From: Mobula hypostoma
Taxonomy: Eukaryota
NCBI RefSeq assembly: GCF_963921235.1
Contig: NC_086097.1
Span: 228,410,001 to 228,474,000 of the forward strand
Direction: 5' to 3'
DNA: 64,000 nucleotides
Each line of letters begins with the position of its first letter. Position 1 is the first letter of the stretch. Below are positions 26,651 through 37,752 of this stretch, one piece after another. The notes below the pieces were generated by a model that did no database searches, was not told the origin of the DNA, and saw only the letters and a program-made list of their open reading frames with translations. Made by a program: the position numbers and the translations under genes.

Positions 26651-26942
26651 TGCCAAAGCCATCAATTCCATTATCCGAATCATCAACGTATAAAGAATCG
26701 GTCCCAACACAGGTCCCTGTGGAACACCACTAGTCACCGGCAACCAACTAGAAAAGGCTCCCTTTATTCTCGCTCTTTGCCACCTACCAATGAGCCACTG
26801 CTTTATGCATGCTGGAATTTTTCCTCTAATACCATGAGCTTGTAGCTTGTTAAGCAGCCTCATGTCTGGCAACTTGTCAAAGGCCTTCTGAAAATCCAAG
26901 TACCCAACATCAACCAGTCCTCCCTTGTCTATCCTGCTTTCA
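26650..26942 (-). mobile_element. CR1 RT fragment
   Basis: DFQKAFDKLP...GVPQGPVLGP. Confidence 0.85.
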
Positions 26943-26964
26943 TGTCTTCAAAGAATTCCAACAG

Positions 26965-27312
26965 TAAAAGGAGAATAATTTGATAGGAACCTGAGGGGCA
27001 ACTTTTGCACCCAGAGAATGGTCAGTATATGGAATAAGGTACATGACAAAGTGGTTGGGGTAGGTGTATTAACCACATTTAAAAGGTACTTGGGCAGGTG
27101 GATGGAGAGGAAAGGTTCAGAGCAGGGGTTTCCAACCTTGGTACCATGGACCCCTTGCTTAACAGTGTTGGTCCATGGCATAAAAAAGATTGAAAATCCA
27201 TGGTTTAGAGAGATATGAGTCCCACTGACAAATGGGATCAAATCAGATGGGAATCTTGGTTGGCATGGACCATTTCGGCCAAGTGGCCTGTTTCTGTGCT
27301 GTATGACTCTAA
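26965..27312 (+). mobile_element. CR1 3' fragment, old
   Basis: TQRMVSIWN...TFKRYLGRWM; 3'UTR cctgtttctgtgctgtatgactcta. Confidence 0.75.
27123..27202. mobile_element. 80-bp hAT (Charlie-like) MITE
   Basis: CAGGGGTTTCCAA terminal inverted repeat, 8-bp TSD gttcagag/gtttagag. Second copy at 50796-50876. Confidence 0.8.
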
Positions 27313-27780
27313 GGCATCAATGGATTGTATGATCCTAAAAAAGTAAGTGTAACCAGGTCTAATTTCTCAGCAAATGTATACCTTCTACATAGATACTACA
27401 GTGATGTTGTACAGTAAGTATAAATACAAGAGAGCCACACTCACGTCTCCACCTACATCAACGGAACTGTAGTGGAGCGTGTACCAAGCTTCAGATTCTT
27501 TGGTGTCAACCTATCCGAGGATCTCACCTGGTCCCTGAACTCCTCCATCCTGGTCAAAAGGGCGCAACAGTGCTTTTATTTCCTGCGGAGCATCAAGAAA
27601 GCTGACCTCTGTCCAAGGATACAGACGGACTTTTACCACTGTACCATTGAAGCATACTCACCAACTGCATCTCAGTGTGGTATGGCAATTGTCCCATATC
27701 GGACCGCAAAGCACTCCAGCGTGTGGTGAAAACTGCCCAGCGGATTATTGGCACCCAATTGCCCACCATTGAGAACATCT

Positions 27781-30634
27781 TTAGGTATGTAAAGAGGAAA
27801 AAATTAGTTAAGACCAAAGTTCATAGTCATAGTCATAGTCATACTTTATTAATCCCGGAAGAAATTGGTTTTCATTACAGTTGCTCCATAAATAATAAAT
27901 AGTAATAGAAACATAAATAGTTAAATAGTTATATGTAAATTATGCCAGTAAATTATGAAATAAGTCCAGGACCAGCCTATTGGCTCAGGGTGTCTGACCC
28001 TCCAAGGGAGGAGTTGTAAAGTTTGATGGCCACAGGCAGGAATGACTTCCTATGACGCTCAGTGCTGCATCTCGGTGGAATGAGTCCCAGCACACAACAG
28101 CAAACATGATGGCACTGGCCACCACAGACTTGTAGAACATCCTCAGCATCGTCCGGCAGATGTTAAAGGACCTCAGTCTCCTCAGGAAATAGAGACGGCT
28201 CTGACCCTTCTTGTAGACAGCCTCAGTGTTCTTTGACCAGTCCAGTTGATTGTCAATTCGTATCCCCAGGTATTTGTAATCCTCCACCATGTCCACACTG
28301 ACCCCCTGGATGGAAACAGGGGTCACCGGTACCTTAGCTCTCCTCAGGTCTACCACCAGCTCCTTAGTCTTTTTCACATTAAGCTGCAGATAATTCTGCT
28401 CACAACATGTGACAAAGTTTCCTACCGTAGCCCTGTACTCAGCCTCATCTCCCTTGCTGATGCATCCAACTATGGCAGAGTCATCCGAAAACTTCTGAAG
28501 ATGACAAGACTCTGTGCAGTAGTTGAAGTCCGAGGTGTAAATGGTGAAGAGAAAGGGAGACAAGACAGTCCCCCATGGAGCCCCAGTGCTGCTGATCACT
28601 CTGTCGGACACACAGTGTTGCAAGCACACGTATTGTGGTCTGCCAGTCAGGTAATCAAGAATCCATGATACCAGGGAAGCATCCACTTGCATCGCTGTCA
28701 GCTTCTCCCCCAGCAGAGCAGGGCGGATGGTGTTGAACGCACTGGAGAAGTCAAAAAACATCACCCTCACAGTGCTCGCTGGCTTGTCCAGGTGGGCGTA
28801 GACACAGTTCAGCAGGAAGGCGATGGCGTCCTCAACTCCTAGTCGGGGCTGAGTTGGGCCCTTGAAGACAGAAACGGGTGAACAAGGAAATGGCAGACAA
28901 GTTGAACAGGTACTTTGGATCTGTCTTCACTAGGGAAGGCACAAACAATCTCCTAGATGTAATAGTGGCCGGAGGACCTAGGGTAACAGAAGAGATTCAC
29001 ATTAGGCAGAAAATGGTGTTGGATAGACTAATGGGTCTGAAGGCTGATAAATCCCCAGGGCCTGATGGTCTGCACCCCAGGGTACTTAAGGAGGTGGCTC
29101 TAGAAATTGTGGACGCATTGGTAATTATTTTCCAATGTTCTATAGATTCAGGATCGGTTCCTGAGGACTGGAGGGTAGCTAATGTTATCCCACTTTTTAA
29201 GAAAGCAGGGAGAGAGAAAACAGGGAATTATAGACCAGTTAGCCTGATATCAGTGGTGGGGAAGATGCTGGAGTCAATTATAAAGGATGAAATAGTGGCA
29301 TATTTGGATAGCAGTAACAGGATCGGTCCAAGTCAGCATGGATTTACAAAGGGGAAATCATGCTTGACTAATCTTCTGGAATTTTTTGAGGATGTAACTA
29401 TGAAAGTGGACAAGGGAGAGCCAGTGGATGTAGTGTACTTGGACTTTCAGAAAGCCTTTGATAAGGTCCCACATAGGAGATTAGTGGGCAAAATTAGAGC
29501 ACATGGTATTGTGGGTAGGGCACTGAAATGGATCGTAAATTAGTTGGAAGACAGGAAACAAAGAGTAGGGATTAACGGGTCCCTTTCAGAATGGCCGGCG
29601 GTGAGTAGTGGGGTACCGCAAGGCTCGGTGCTGGGACCGCAGCTATTTACAATATATGTTAATGATTTAGATGAAGGGATTAAAAGTAACATTAGCAAAT
29701 TTGCAGATGACACAAAGCTGGGTGGCAGTGTGAAATGTGCAGAGGATGTTAAGATAATGTAGGATGACTTGGACAGGTTGGGTGAGTGAGCAGATGCATG
29801 GCAGATGCAGTTTAATGTGGATAAATGTGAGGTTATCCACTTTGGTGGCAAGAACAGGAAGGCATATTACTGTTTGAATGGTATAAAGTTAAGAAAAGGG
29901 GAAGTACAACAAGATCTAGGTGTCCTTGTTCATCAGTCACTGAAAGTAAGCATGCAGGTACAGCAGGCAGTGAAGAAAGCTAATGGCATGTTGGCCTTCA
30001 TAACAAGGGGAGTTGAGTATAGGAGCAAAGAGGTCCTTCTGCAGTTGTACAGGGCCCTGGTGAGACCACACCTGGAGTATTGTGTACAGTTTTGGTCTCC
30101 AAATTTGAGGAAGGACATTCTTGCTATTGAGGGAGTGCAGCAGAGTTTCACGAGGTTAATTCCCAGGATGGGGGGGCTGTCATATGTTGAAAGATTGGAG
30201 TGACTGGGATTGTATACACTGGAATTTAGAAGGATGAGAGGGGATCTGATTGAAACATATAAGATTATTTAGGGATTGGACACGCTAGAGGCAGGAAACA
30301 TGTTCCCGATGTTGGGGGAGTCCAGAACCAGAGGCCACAATTTGAGAATAAGGGGTAGGCCACTTAAAATGGAGTTGAGGAAAAACTTTTTCACCCAGAG
30401 AGTTGTGGATCTGTGGAATGCTCTGCCTCGGAAGACAGTGGAGGCCAATTCTCTGGATGCTTTCAAGAAAGCGTTAGACAGAGCGCTTAATGATAGCGGA
30501 GTCAAGAGATATGGGGAGAAGGCAGGAAAAGGGTACTGATTGTGGATGATCAGCCATGATAAAAGTGAATGGTGGTGCTGGCTCGAAGGGGCAGAATGGC
30601 CTACTCCTGCACCTATTGTCTATTGTCTATCGTC
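27781..30634 (+). mobile_element. CR1 LINE, 5'-truncated (27781-27821 + 28852-30634)
   Basis: FRYVKRKKLVKTKV joins GPLKTETG; RT with scattered stops; (CTATTGT)n tail. Confidence 0.95.
27822..28851 (-). mobile_element. Rex1/Babar LINE 3' part nested in CR1
   Basis: ORF 27985-28770 FFDFSSAFNTI...QKFSDD...LNVKKTKELVVD; (ACTATG)n tail; AGTT duplication. Confidence 0.93.
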
Positions 30635-31011
30635 TATCTACCATAAACGCTGCCTGGGTAGGGCGAAAATCATTATCAAGAATGCATCTCACTCTAACCA
30701 TGGACTTTTTACTCTCCTCCCATCTGGTAGGCGCTACAGGAGCCTCCGCTCCCACACCAGCAGGCACAGGAAGAGCTTCTTCCCTGAGGCTGTGAGCCTG
30801 CTGAACCTCACATCACAGCACTAAGCAGTATTGCACCCGTATTGTTCTGTCTCAGTACTTTTATATTTGTGTGCTGTAGCACTTACTTTTTATTCGCAGT
30901 TATTTTGTAAATAACACTATCCTTTGCATTTCTGGTCAGATGCTAACTGCATTTCATTGGCTTTGTATCTGTACTCAGCACAATGACAATAAAGTTGAAT
31001 CTAATCTAATC

Positions 31012-31195
31012 TTCTGCAGATGCCAAAACCTTGAGCAACATATGCACAGTAAAATGTTGAAGAAACCCAGTAGGTCAGCACCATCTACTGAGGAAAATAA
31101 CAGTCAGTCTCGGCCCAGAATATTGACTGATTATTCCCCTCCATAGATGCGACCTGCTTTGCTGAATTCCTCTAGCATTTTGTGTGTGTTGATCA
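31012..31195. mobile_element. Fold-back Penelope terminal-repeat derivative, decayed
   Basis: Imperfect inverted repeats around gtctcggccc...ttgactg. Confidence 0.65.
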
Positions 31196-31650
31196 AATAC
31201 AGATATTAAATTTCTATTAAAAAATGCTAGAAAAACCAGCATATGGGGAAAGAAAAATGTGATTTCATCCCAATTTGCTGCTAACCCAAACTACTTACTT
31301 CTCTCTGTCAGGTCTGATGAAGGGTTCCTTGTCCAAGATATTAACAATTTCTCAATCCACAAATTAAGCCTGACCTGCTTAGTTCTTCAAGCACTTTCCA
31401 TTTTCTGTGATTTTCTTTTTAATCCTACACACGAGTCTAGCCTGCCAGGCAAATCCCAACAGTAACAGTTAACAACCCCAACCAAGGCCTATTTGTTTAA
31501 AGTACTGATAATTGCCCCTATTAAGCTAATTTGACTCATCATTTCACAGACTCTCCCTTTGTTTTGCACAACACTCCCCCACCCACCCTCCTTCTAAAAA
31601 CATAATCTTTCTTTCCTGGTTCTGACAGTAGGGGAACGACTTGAAACATC

Positions 31651-33188
31651 GCAAACACGAGGAACTCTGCAGGTGCTGGAAATTCAAGCAACACACATCA
31701 AAGTTGCTGGTGAACGCAGCAGGTCAGGCAGCATCTCTAGGAAGAGGTACAGTTGACGTTTCGGGCCGAGACCCTTCGTCAGGACTAACTGAAGGAAGAG
31801 TTAGTAAGAGATTTGAAAGTGGGAGGGGGAGGGGGAGATCCGAAATGATAGGAGAAGACAGGAGGGGGAGGGATGGAACCAAGATCTGGACAGGTGATTG
31901 GCAAAAGGGATATGAGAGGATCATGGGACAGGAGGCCCAGGGAGAAGGAAAAGGGGGAAGGGGGAAAAACCCAGAGGATGGGCAAGGGTATAGTCAGAGG
32001 GACAGAGGGAGGAAAAAGGAGAGAGAGAGAAAGAATGTGTGTGTATAAATAACGGATGGGGTACGAGGGAGAGGTGGGGCATTAGCGGAAGTTAGAGAAG
32101 TCAATGTTCATGCCATCAGGTTGGAGGCTACCCAGACGGAATATAAGGTGTTGTTCCTCCAACCTGAGTGTGGCTTCATCTTTACAGTAGAGGAGGCCAT
32201 GGATAGACATGTCAGAATGGGAATGGGATGTGGAATTAAAATGTGTGGCCACTGGGAGATCCTGCTTTCTCTGGCAGACAGAGCATAGGTGTTCAGCAAA
32301 ACGATCTCCCAGTCTGCGTCAGGTCTCGCCAATATATAGAAGGCCACATCGGGAGCACCGGACGCAGTATATCACCCCAGCCGACTCACAGGTGAAGTAT
32401 CGTCTCACCTGGAAGGACTGTCTGGGGCCCTGAATGGTGGTAAAGGAGGAAGTGTAAGGGCATGTGTAGCACTTGCTCCACTTACAAGGGTAAGTACCAG
32501 GAGGGAGACCAGTGGGGAGGGATGGGGAGGACGAATGGACAAGGGAGTCGCGTAGGGAGCGATCCCTGTGGCAAGCGGGGGGGGGGGCGGGGGAGGGAAA
32601 GATGTGCTTAGTGGTGGGATCCCGTTGGAGGTGGCGGAAGTTACGGAGACTAATATTTTGGACCCGGAGGCTGGTGGGGTGGTAGGTGAGGACCAGGGGA
32701 ACCCTATTCCTAGTGGGGTGGCGGGAGGATGGAGTGTGAGCAGATGTGCGTGAAATGGGGGAGATGCGTTTGAGAGCAGAGTTGATGGTGGAGGAAGGGA
32801 AGCCCCTTTCTTTAAAAAAGGAGGAAACCTCCCTTGTCCTGGAATGAAAAGCCTCATCCTGAGAGCAGATGCGGCGGGGACGGAGGAATTGCGAGAAGGG
32901 GATGGCATTTTTGCAAGAGACAGGGTGAGAAGAAGAATAGTCCAGATAGCTGTGAGAGTCAGTAGGCTTATAGTAGACACCAGTAGATAAGCTGTCTCCA
33001 GAGACAGAGACAGAAAGATCTAGAAAGGGGAGGGAGGTGTTGGAAATGGACTAGGTAAACTTGAGGGCAGGGTGAAAGTTGGGGGCAAAGTTAATAAAGT
33101 CAACGAGCTCAGCATGCGTGCAGGAAGCAGTGCCAATGCAGTCGTTGATGTAGCGAAAGAAAAGTGGGGGACAGATACCAGAATAGGT
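31651..33188 (-). mobile_element. Penelope-like retroelement, 5'-truncated (RT end + GIY-YIG endonuclease + terminal repeat)
   Basis: FFRYINDCIG; GVIYCVRCSRCGLLYIGET*RRLGDRFAEH at ~32280-32390; imperfect 10-bp TSD ttgaaacatc/ttgagacatt. Confidence 0.92.
31750..31790 (-). ncRNA. Minimal type I hammerhead ribozyme motif
   Basis: Minus strand: agtc-CTGACGA-a-gggt-ctcg-gccc-GAAA-cg-TC-aact. Core intact, one stem I mismatch. Confidence 0.75.
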
Positions 33189-33809
33189 TTGAGACATTGA
33201 ATATTTTCTTCCTACAGATGCTGCCTGACCTGCTGAGTTTTTACAGCATTTCTGTTTTTGTTTCAAATTTCTAGTGACTCCATTTTTTAAAATTTCAAGT
33301 ATTACCAGTATAGTTTTACCTATAACAACATAGATCATTTTTCATTATTGCAATTATATCACAGAAGCCATACATAAAGAGTCTATCACATATACATGCA
33401 TGTGCATGCAAACATGCATACACACAGTCACTCTCAACAGGACCCCGATGAAATGTGGATTAGTACAACTGGAGAAAAGCTTCAAACAATGAAAGAATGT
33501 AATGAAAGGGAGGATTTAAAGGAATTTTATAATAAACTTAATTAAAAGTCACGATTACAGAGGACTGTCAGCTTATCAGTGTGATATTACAGCATATGTT
33601 CTCCATAATAGGAGAATATGATAGAAGATTCTATAAAACATGGTTTCAGGTCATGGGTCTGGGAGTAGTATATTGGTGGATCCTGATCAAAGGTCTCAGC
33701 CTGAAACATCAGCTATTTATTCCACTCTATAGATGTGGTTTATGTCTTTTCTCCCATGGTTTTTCTGTATTTCTTGGCTATCTGGAGAAGATGAATCTCA
33801 GAGTTGTAT

Positions 33810-33935
33810 CCTCCTGAGAAAGGATTGAGAGATGTATAGAAGGCTATGGTCTGGGTGTAGGTAAATGGGACTGAGCAGATCAGGCTGGCATGAATTTGAT
33901 GGACCAAAGGGACTGTTTCTATGCTGTAATGCTCT
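33810..33935 (+). mobile_element. CR1 3' tail
   Basis: ggaccaaagggactgtttctatgctgta. Confidence 0.6.
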
Positions 33936-34226
33936 CTGAAAGGCAGATCCACTAGTATCTCCATGAAACAATGCGGTACTGTCTCCATACAGTTCCTGAT
34001 TAAGTAACAATATCTACAGTTCTGGGACTGGAATCTACAAGCTTTTGAGACAGAGGCAGGAATGCTATCACTGAGCGAGGGCTGAACTGAGGTTCTTGAG
34101 TGTAGCCATGGTGTCTACTGCATATTGATATCCAGCATAAGACATTTTTCTGATCTCTTGCCATGTAGGCATTTCCAAGTTTGCTGCTGCCAGATGCACA
34201 AAATTCTTCACACGCCAATCGTGTTC

Positions 34227-34286
34227 TCAAATTATTCTCAACCACATAGTTTGCATTTCACTCAGCCTGCGAAGGGTTTCCCGAAT
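34227..34286 (-). CDS. Candidate terminal coding exon of host gene A (IRETLRRLSEMQTMWLRII*)
   Basis: Strong acceptor ctctctgtccttccag, phase 0, amphipathic helix followed by TGA. Confidence 0.55.
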   Translation of the reverse strand: MRETLRRLSEMQTMWLRII

Positions 34287-34366
34287 CTGGAAGGACAGAG
34301 AGTTCAGGCAAAGGCAAGATCAGACTCTTTTCTTGCACCTTCAGGGATCCTGATGCACACCCAAAC

Positions 34367-34519
34367 TTGGCCAGAGAATGCACGATCAGGATTGTGCAAG
34401 TCGAAAACCAGGATCGGGGCATTCACAGGTTCTTGATATGCCGTCCATCTGTTGGTTATATGCGGGCTTGTAAAATTATACCCATTGTCTGATTCTTCCC
34501 CATATTTGATTAACGTATT
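34367..34519 (-). CDS. Candidate penultimate exon of host gene A (NTLIKYGEESDNGYNFTSPHITNRWTAYQEPVNAPILVFDLHNPDRAFSGQ)
   Basis: Acceptor atttcttccacag; only frame 0 is open; 153 nt; donor CAA|gtttgg (or an alternative 6 nt further); 80-nt intron to the last exon. Confidence 0.55.
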
Positions 34520-34854
34520 CTGTGGAAGAAATTCCATCATAATGAAGTGTCACCAAACCATTGATCAGTCACTGTTTAGAGCTGATTTACTTCCTAGGCA
34601 TGAAAAATATGTCGCAACTTGTTTTGCGCATTTGTTGAGTATTATACTTTTGTTTTCAAGGGGTAGCCATAGAAACATATGTTTTTGCCAAAGTTTACAG
34701 TACTTCAGTTCTGCTTGCAGTTCAATAGCAAACTTAATATGAAATTCCTGCTATGTTGGCCAAACGTGTCGCTGAAGGTTTGGATACAAAGCAGAAGCAC
34801 AAGTTCCCTTCCTTGTTCCTTTCCTTTTTTTTATGTTCTTTACTCCAAGTCATT

Positions 34855-35157
34855 GTCTGTGGGCACATGGCCAAGGCATTGGAGGTTGCTACCTGAAGTT
34901 CGTGAGTTCAAGGAACGCGTTGTGTCCTTGAGCAAGGCACTTAATCACACATTGCTCTGCGATGACACTGGTGCCAAGCTGTATGGGTCCTAATGCCCTT
35001 CCCTTGGACAACATCGGTGTCGTGGAGAGGGGAGACTTGCAGCATGGGCAACTGCTGGTCTTCCATACAACCTTACCCAGGCCTGCGCCCTGGAGAGTGA
35101 AGACTTTCCAGGTGCAGGTCCATGGTCTCGCAAGACTAACGGAAGCCTTAAAATTAA
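34855..35157 (+). mobile_element. tRNA-derived SINE with CORE-like segment
   Basis: tgtgtccttgagcaaggcacttaa; near-identical body at 55332-55641; 13-bp TSD actccaagtcatt. Confidence 0.9.
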
Positions 35158-35351
35158 ACTCCAAGTCATTATGAAGTGGCTTTATTGTGTTTTTTAATAA
35201 ATTATTGTTGCTTATAAAGGAAAAAGAATATTGATCCACAATCTTTCTCTCCAATCTGTAAATTTCCTACATTGCTGATAATTGTAAGACTACAGTAACC
35301 TGTTGAACCATTTGCTATGTTGGATCTGGATGGTGAAAGGTAAATCAGTAC

Positions 35352-35400
35352 CTGCCATCTATTTCCTTCAATGCTGCTTGCTTCTGCAAATACTTTTCTC
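35352..35400 (-). CDS. Possible internal exon of host gene A (RKVFAEASSIEGNRWQ)
   Basis: Donor CAG|gtactg in phase 0; weak acceptor. Confidence 0.25.
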
Positions 35401-35789
35401 CTAGCCATTCATGAAAATCTCCAGGGTTGCATTAGGGAAATAGAGGGGAACCCTTCAGCAACAGATGCCACGGAGTGGGGATAATGAACAGCAGAAAATT
35501 GTCCCACTCCAGACAATTAGAGAATTGTCTCCGACACTATCACTAGCCTCATCAACTCTGGAGAACTCACATCCACTGTCACCAAACAGACAGTTCCCTT
35601 ACCCTCATTTCCTCTTTCTACCCAAGATCCACAAAACTGACTGTCCATGTAGGTCCACAGTCTGCGCCTGCTCCTGCCCTACTGAACTCATGTCAGCATA
35701 CCTCAATTCTATTCTATCCCCCTAGGTTCAATCCCTTCCCACCTACATACATGACACTTCACATCTCTTGATCTCCTCAACAACTTTCC

Positions 35790-36480
35790 TCCCGGGAGGG
35801 GGGAGAAGATGGCGGCGCGACGACAGCGCGCGCGGTCACTTCAGTGATGAATATCTGTTATCTGTCAAGTAGGGGACCGTGCACAACTCTGATTTGATGG
35901 AGACAGACGTGAGAGCACAGCGGAACATCTGGAAAACTTCTGAAATGCCTGCTTCACTGCCGCTGCTACTGTGTGGTAACCGGAATCTCCGGAGCTGAAG
36001 GCCCCGAAATCCTCAACTTTGCGTGTTTCAGCGGCCGGGGAGAGGTTGAAGGCGCTCGGCAGAGGATGGCGCTCGGGAGGCTGTATCAGAGAGGCTGGTC
36101 GGAAGCTCGGAGTTTTCGGACGGATGGACTCAGTGTCAGCTGGGGTCGGCTACTTCCAAGGTATCGGCAAGTTGACGGTGCCTGGAGGTTTATGGCAGGG
36201 AGTTTCTCCCTTTTGCCGCCTGCTATCAGGGACTCGGGAGTCGATCGACTTGGGACTTTGAGACTTTTTTTACTGTGCCTATGGTCTGTTCTTTATCAAA
36301 TTATGGTATTGTTTTGCACTGCTGTAACTATATGTTATAATTATGTGGTTCTGTCAGTTTTAGTCTTTGGTCTGTCTTGTTTTCTGTGATATCACTCTGG
36401 AGAAACATTGTATCATTTCTTAATGCATGTAAGCATTTCTAAATGACGATAAAAGAGGACTGAGTGTTCTCATTATCTGA
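35790..36480 (+). mobile_element. Non-coding, CpG-rich LINE-end-derived element, ~690 bp
   Basis: Starts ggagAAGATGGCGGCG (YY1), has no TE ORF, ends with a Rex1-like tail (aaatgacgataaa). The host Penelope sequence resumes after it. Confidence 0.65.
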
Positions 36481-36577
36481 AAAAAATTTTCAATCCCCTG
36501 GCCCTGACCACCTCACTTTCACTATGGATGTCCAGTCTCTACACAATTCTATCCACAATCAAGAAGCCTTAAAGCTC

Positions 36578-36710
36578 AAACAAGAGAAAATCTGCAGATG
36601 TTGGAAATCTGAGCAACACACACAAAATGTTGGAAGAACTCAGCAGGCCAGGCAGCATCTATGGAAAAGAATACAGTTGACGTTTTGAGCAGAAACCCTT
36701 TGGCAGGACA
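36578..36710 (-). mobile_element. 133-bp Penelope terminal-repeat unit beginning at a degenerate hammerhead
   Basis: Perfect 10-bp TSD cttaaagctc at 36568-36577 and 36711-36720. Confidence 0.85.
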
Positions 36711-37102
36711 CTTAAAGCTCTCCGCTTCTTTCTCAACAAAAGAACCAACCAGTTCCCCTTCACCACCACCCTCCTCCGACTGGCAGAACTGGTCCTCACT
36801 CTCAACAATTTCTCCTTGGGCTCCTCCCGTTTCCTCCAAACTCAAGGGGTAACCATGGGCACCCACATGGGCCCCAGCTATGCCTGCTTTTTCATTGGCT
36901 ATGTAGAAAAGTCCATGTTCCAAATCTTCTCTGGTAATGCTTCTTAACTCTTCCCACACTACACTGGTGACTGCATTGGTACTTTTTCATGCACACATGC
37001 CAAACTTATCAATTTCATCAACTTTGCCTCCAGCTTCCACCCGGCCCTTATATTCACTGGTCCATTTCCGAAACCTTTCTCCCTTTTCTCAATCTCTGTT
37101 TA

Positions 37103-37752
37103 TAGAACATAGAACATAGAATAGTACAGCACAGTACAGGCCCTTCGGCCCACAATGTGCCGTCCCTCAAACCCTGCCTCCCATATAATCCCCCACCTTA
37201 AATTCCTCCATATACCTGACTAGTAGTCTCTTAAACTTCACTAGTGTATCTGCCTCCACCACTAACTCAGGCAGTGCATTCCACGCGCCAACCACTCTCT
37301 GAGTAAAAAACCTTCCTCTAATATCCCCCTTGAACTTCCCACCCCTTACCTTAAAGCCATGTCCTCTTGTATTGAGCAGTGGTACCCTGGGGAAGAGGCG
37401 CTGGCTATCCACTCTATATATTCCTCTTATTATCTTGTACACCTCTATCATGTCTCCTCTCATCCTCCTTCTCTCCAAAGAGTAAAGCCCTAGCTCCCTT
37501 AATGTCTGATCATAATGCATACCTTCTAAAACAGGCAGCATCCTGGTAATTCTCCTCTGTACCCTTTCCAATGCTTCCACATCCTTCCTATAGTGAGGTG
37601 ACCAGAACTGGACACAATACTCCAAGTGTGGCCTAACCAGAGTTTTATAGAGCTGCATCATTACATCGCGACTCTTAAACTCTATCCCTCGACTTATGAA
37701 AGCTAACATCCCATAAGCTTTCTTAACTACCCTATCCACCTGTGAGGCAGCT
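37103..37752 (-). mobile_element. Young CR1 3' fragment, same family as 21478-24299
   Basis: ORF 37167-37739 nearly identical to the end of ORF 22541-24235; (TTCTATG)n tail. Confidence 0.95.

Larger units (their letters stand above)
27440..30995 (+). mobile_element. Rex1/Babar 3' part (27440-27780 + 30635-30995) hosting nested insertions
   Basis: QLPTIENI joins YHKRCLGRAKIIIK across the insert; tail aataaagttgaatctaatctaatct. Confidence 0.9.

Noticed and set aside
34367..35400. TIR-domain-like spacing in the candidate exons (EES-x7-SP..W)
   Set aside because: Positions that should form the hydrophobic beta-C strand are polar; probably coincidental.
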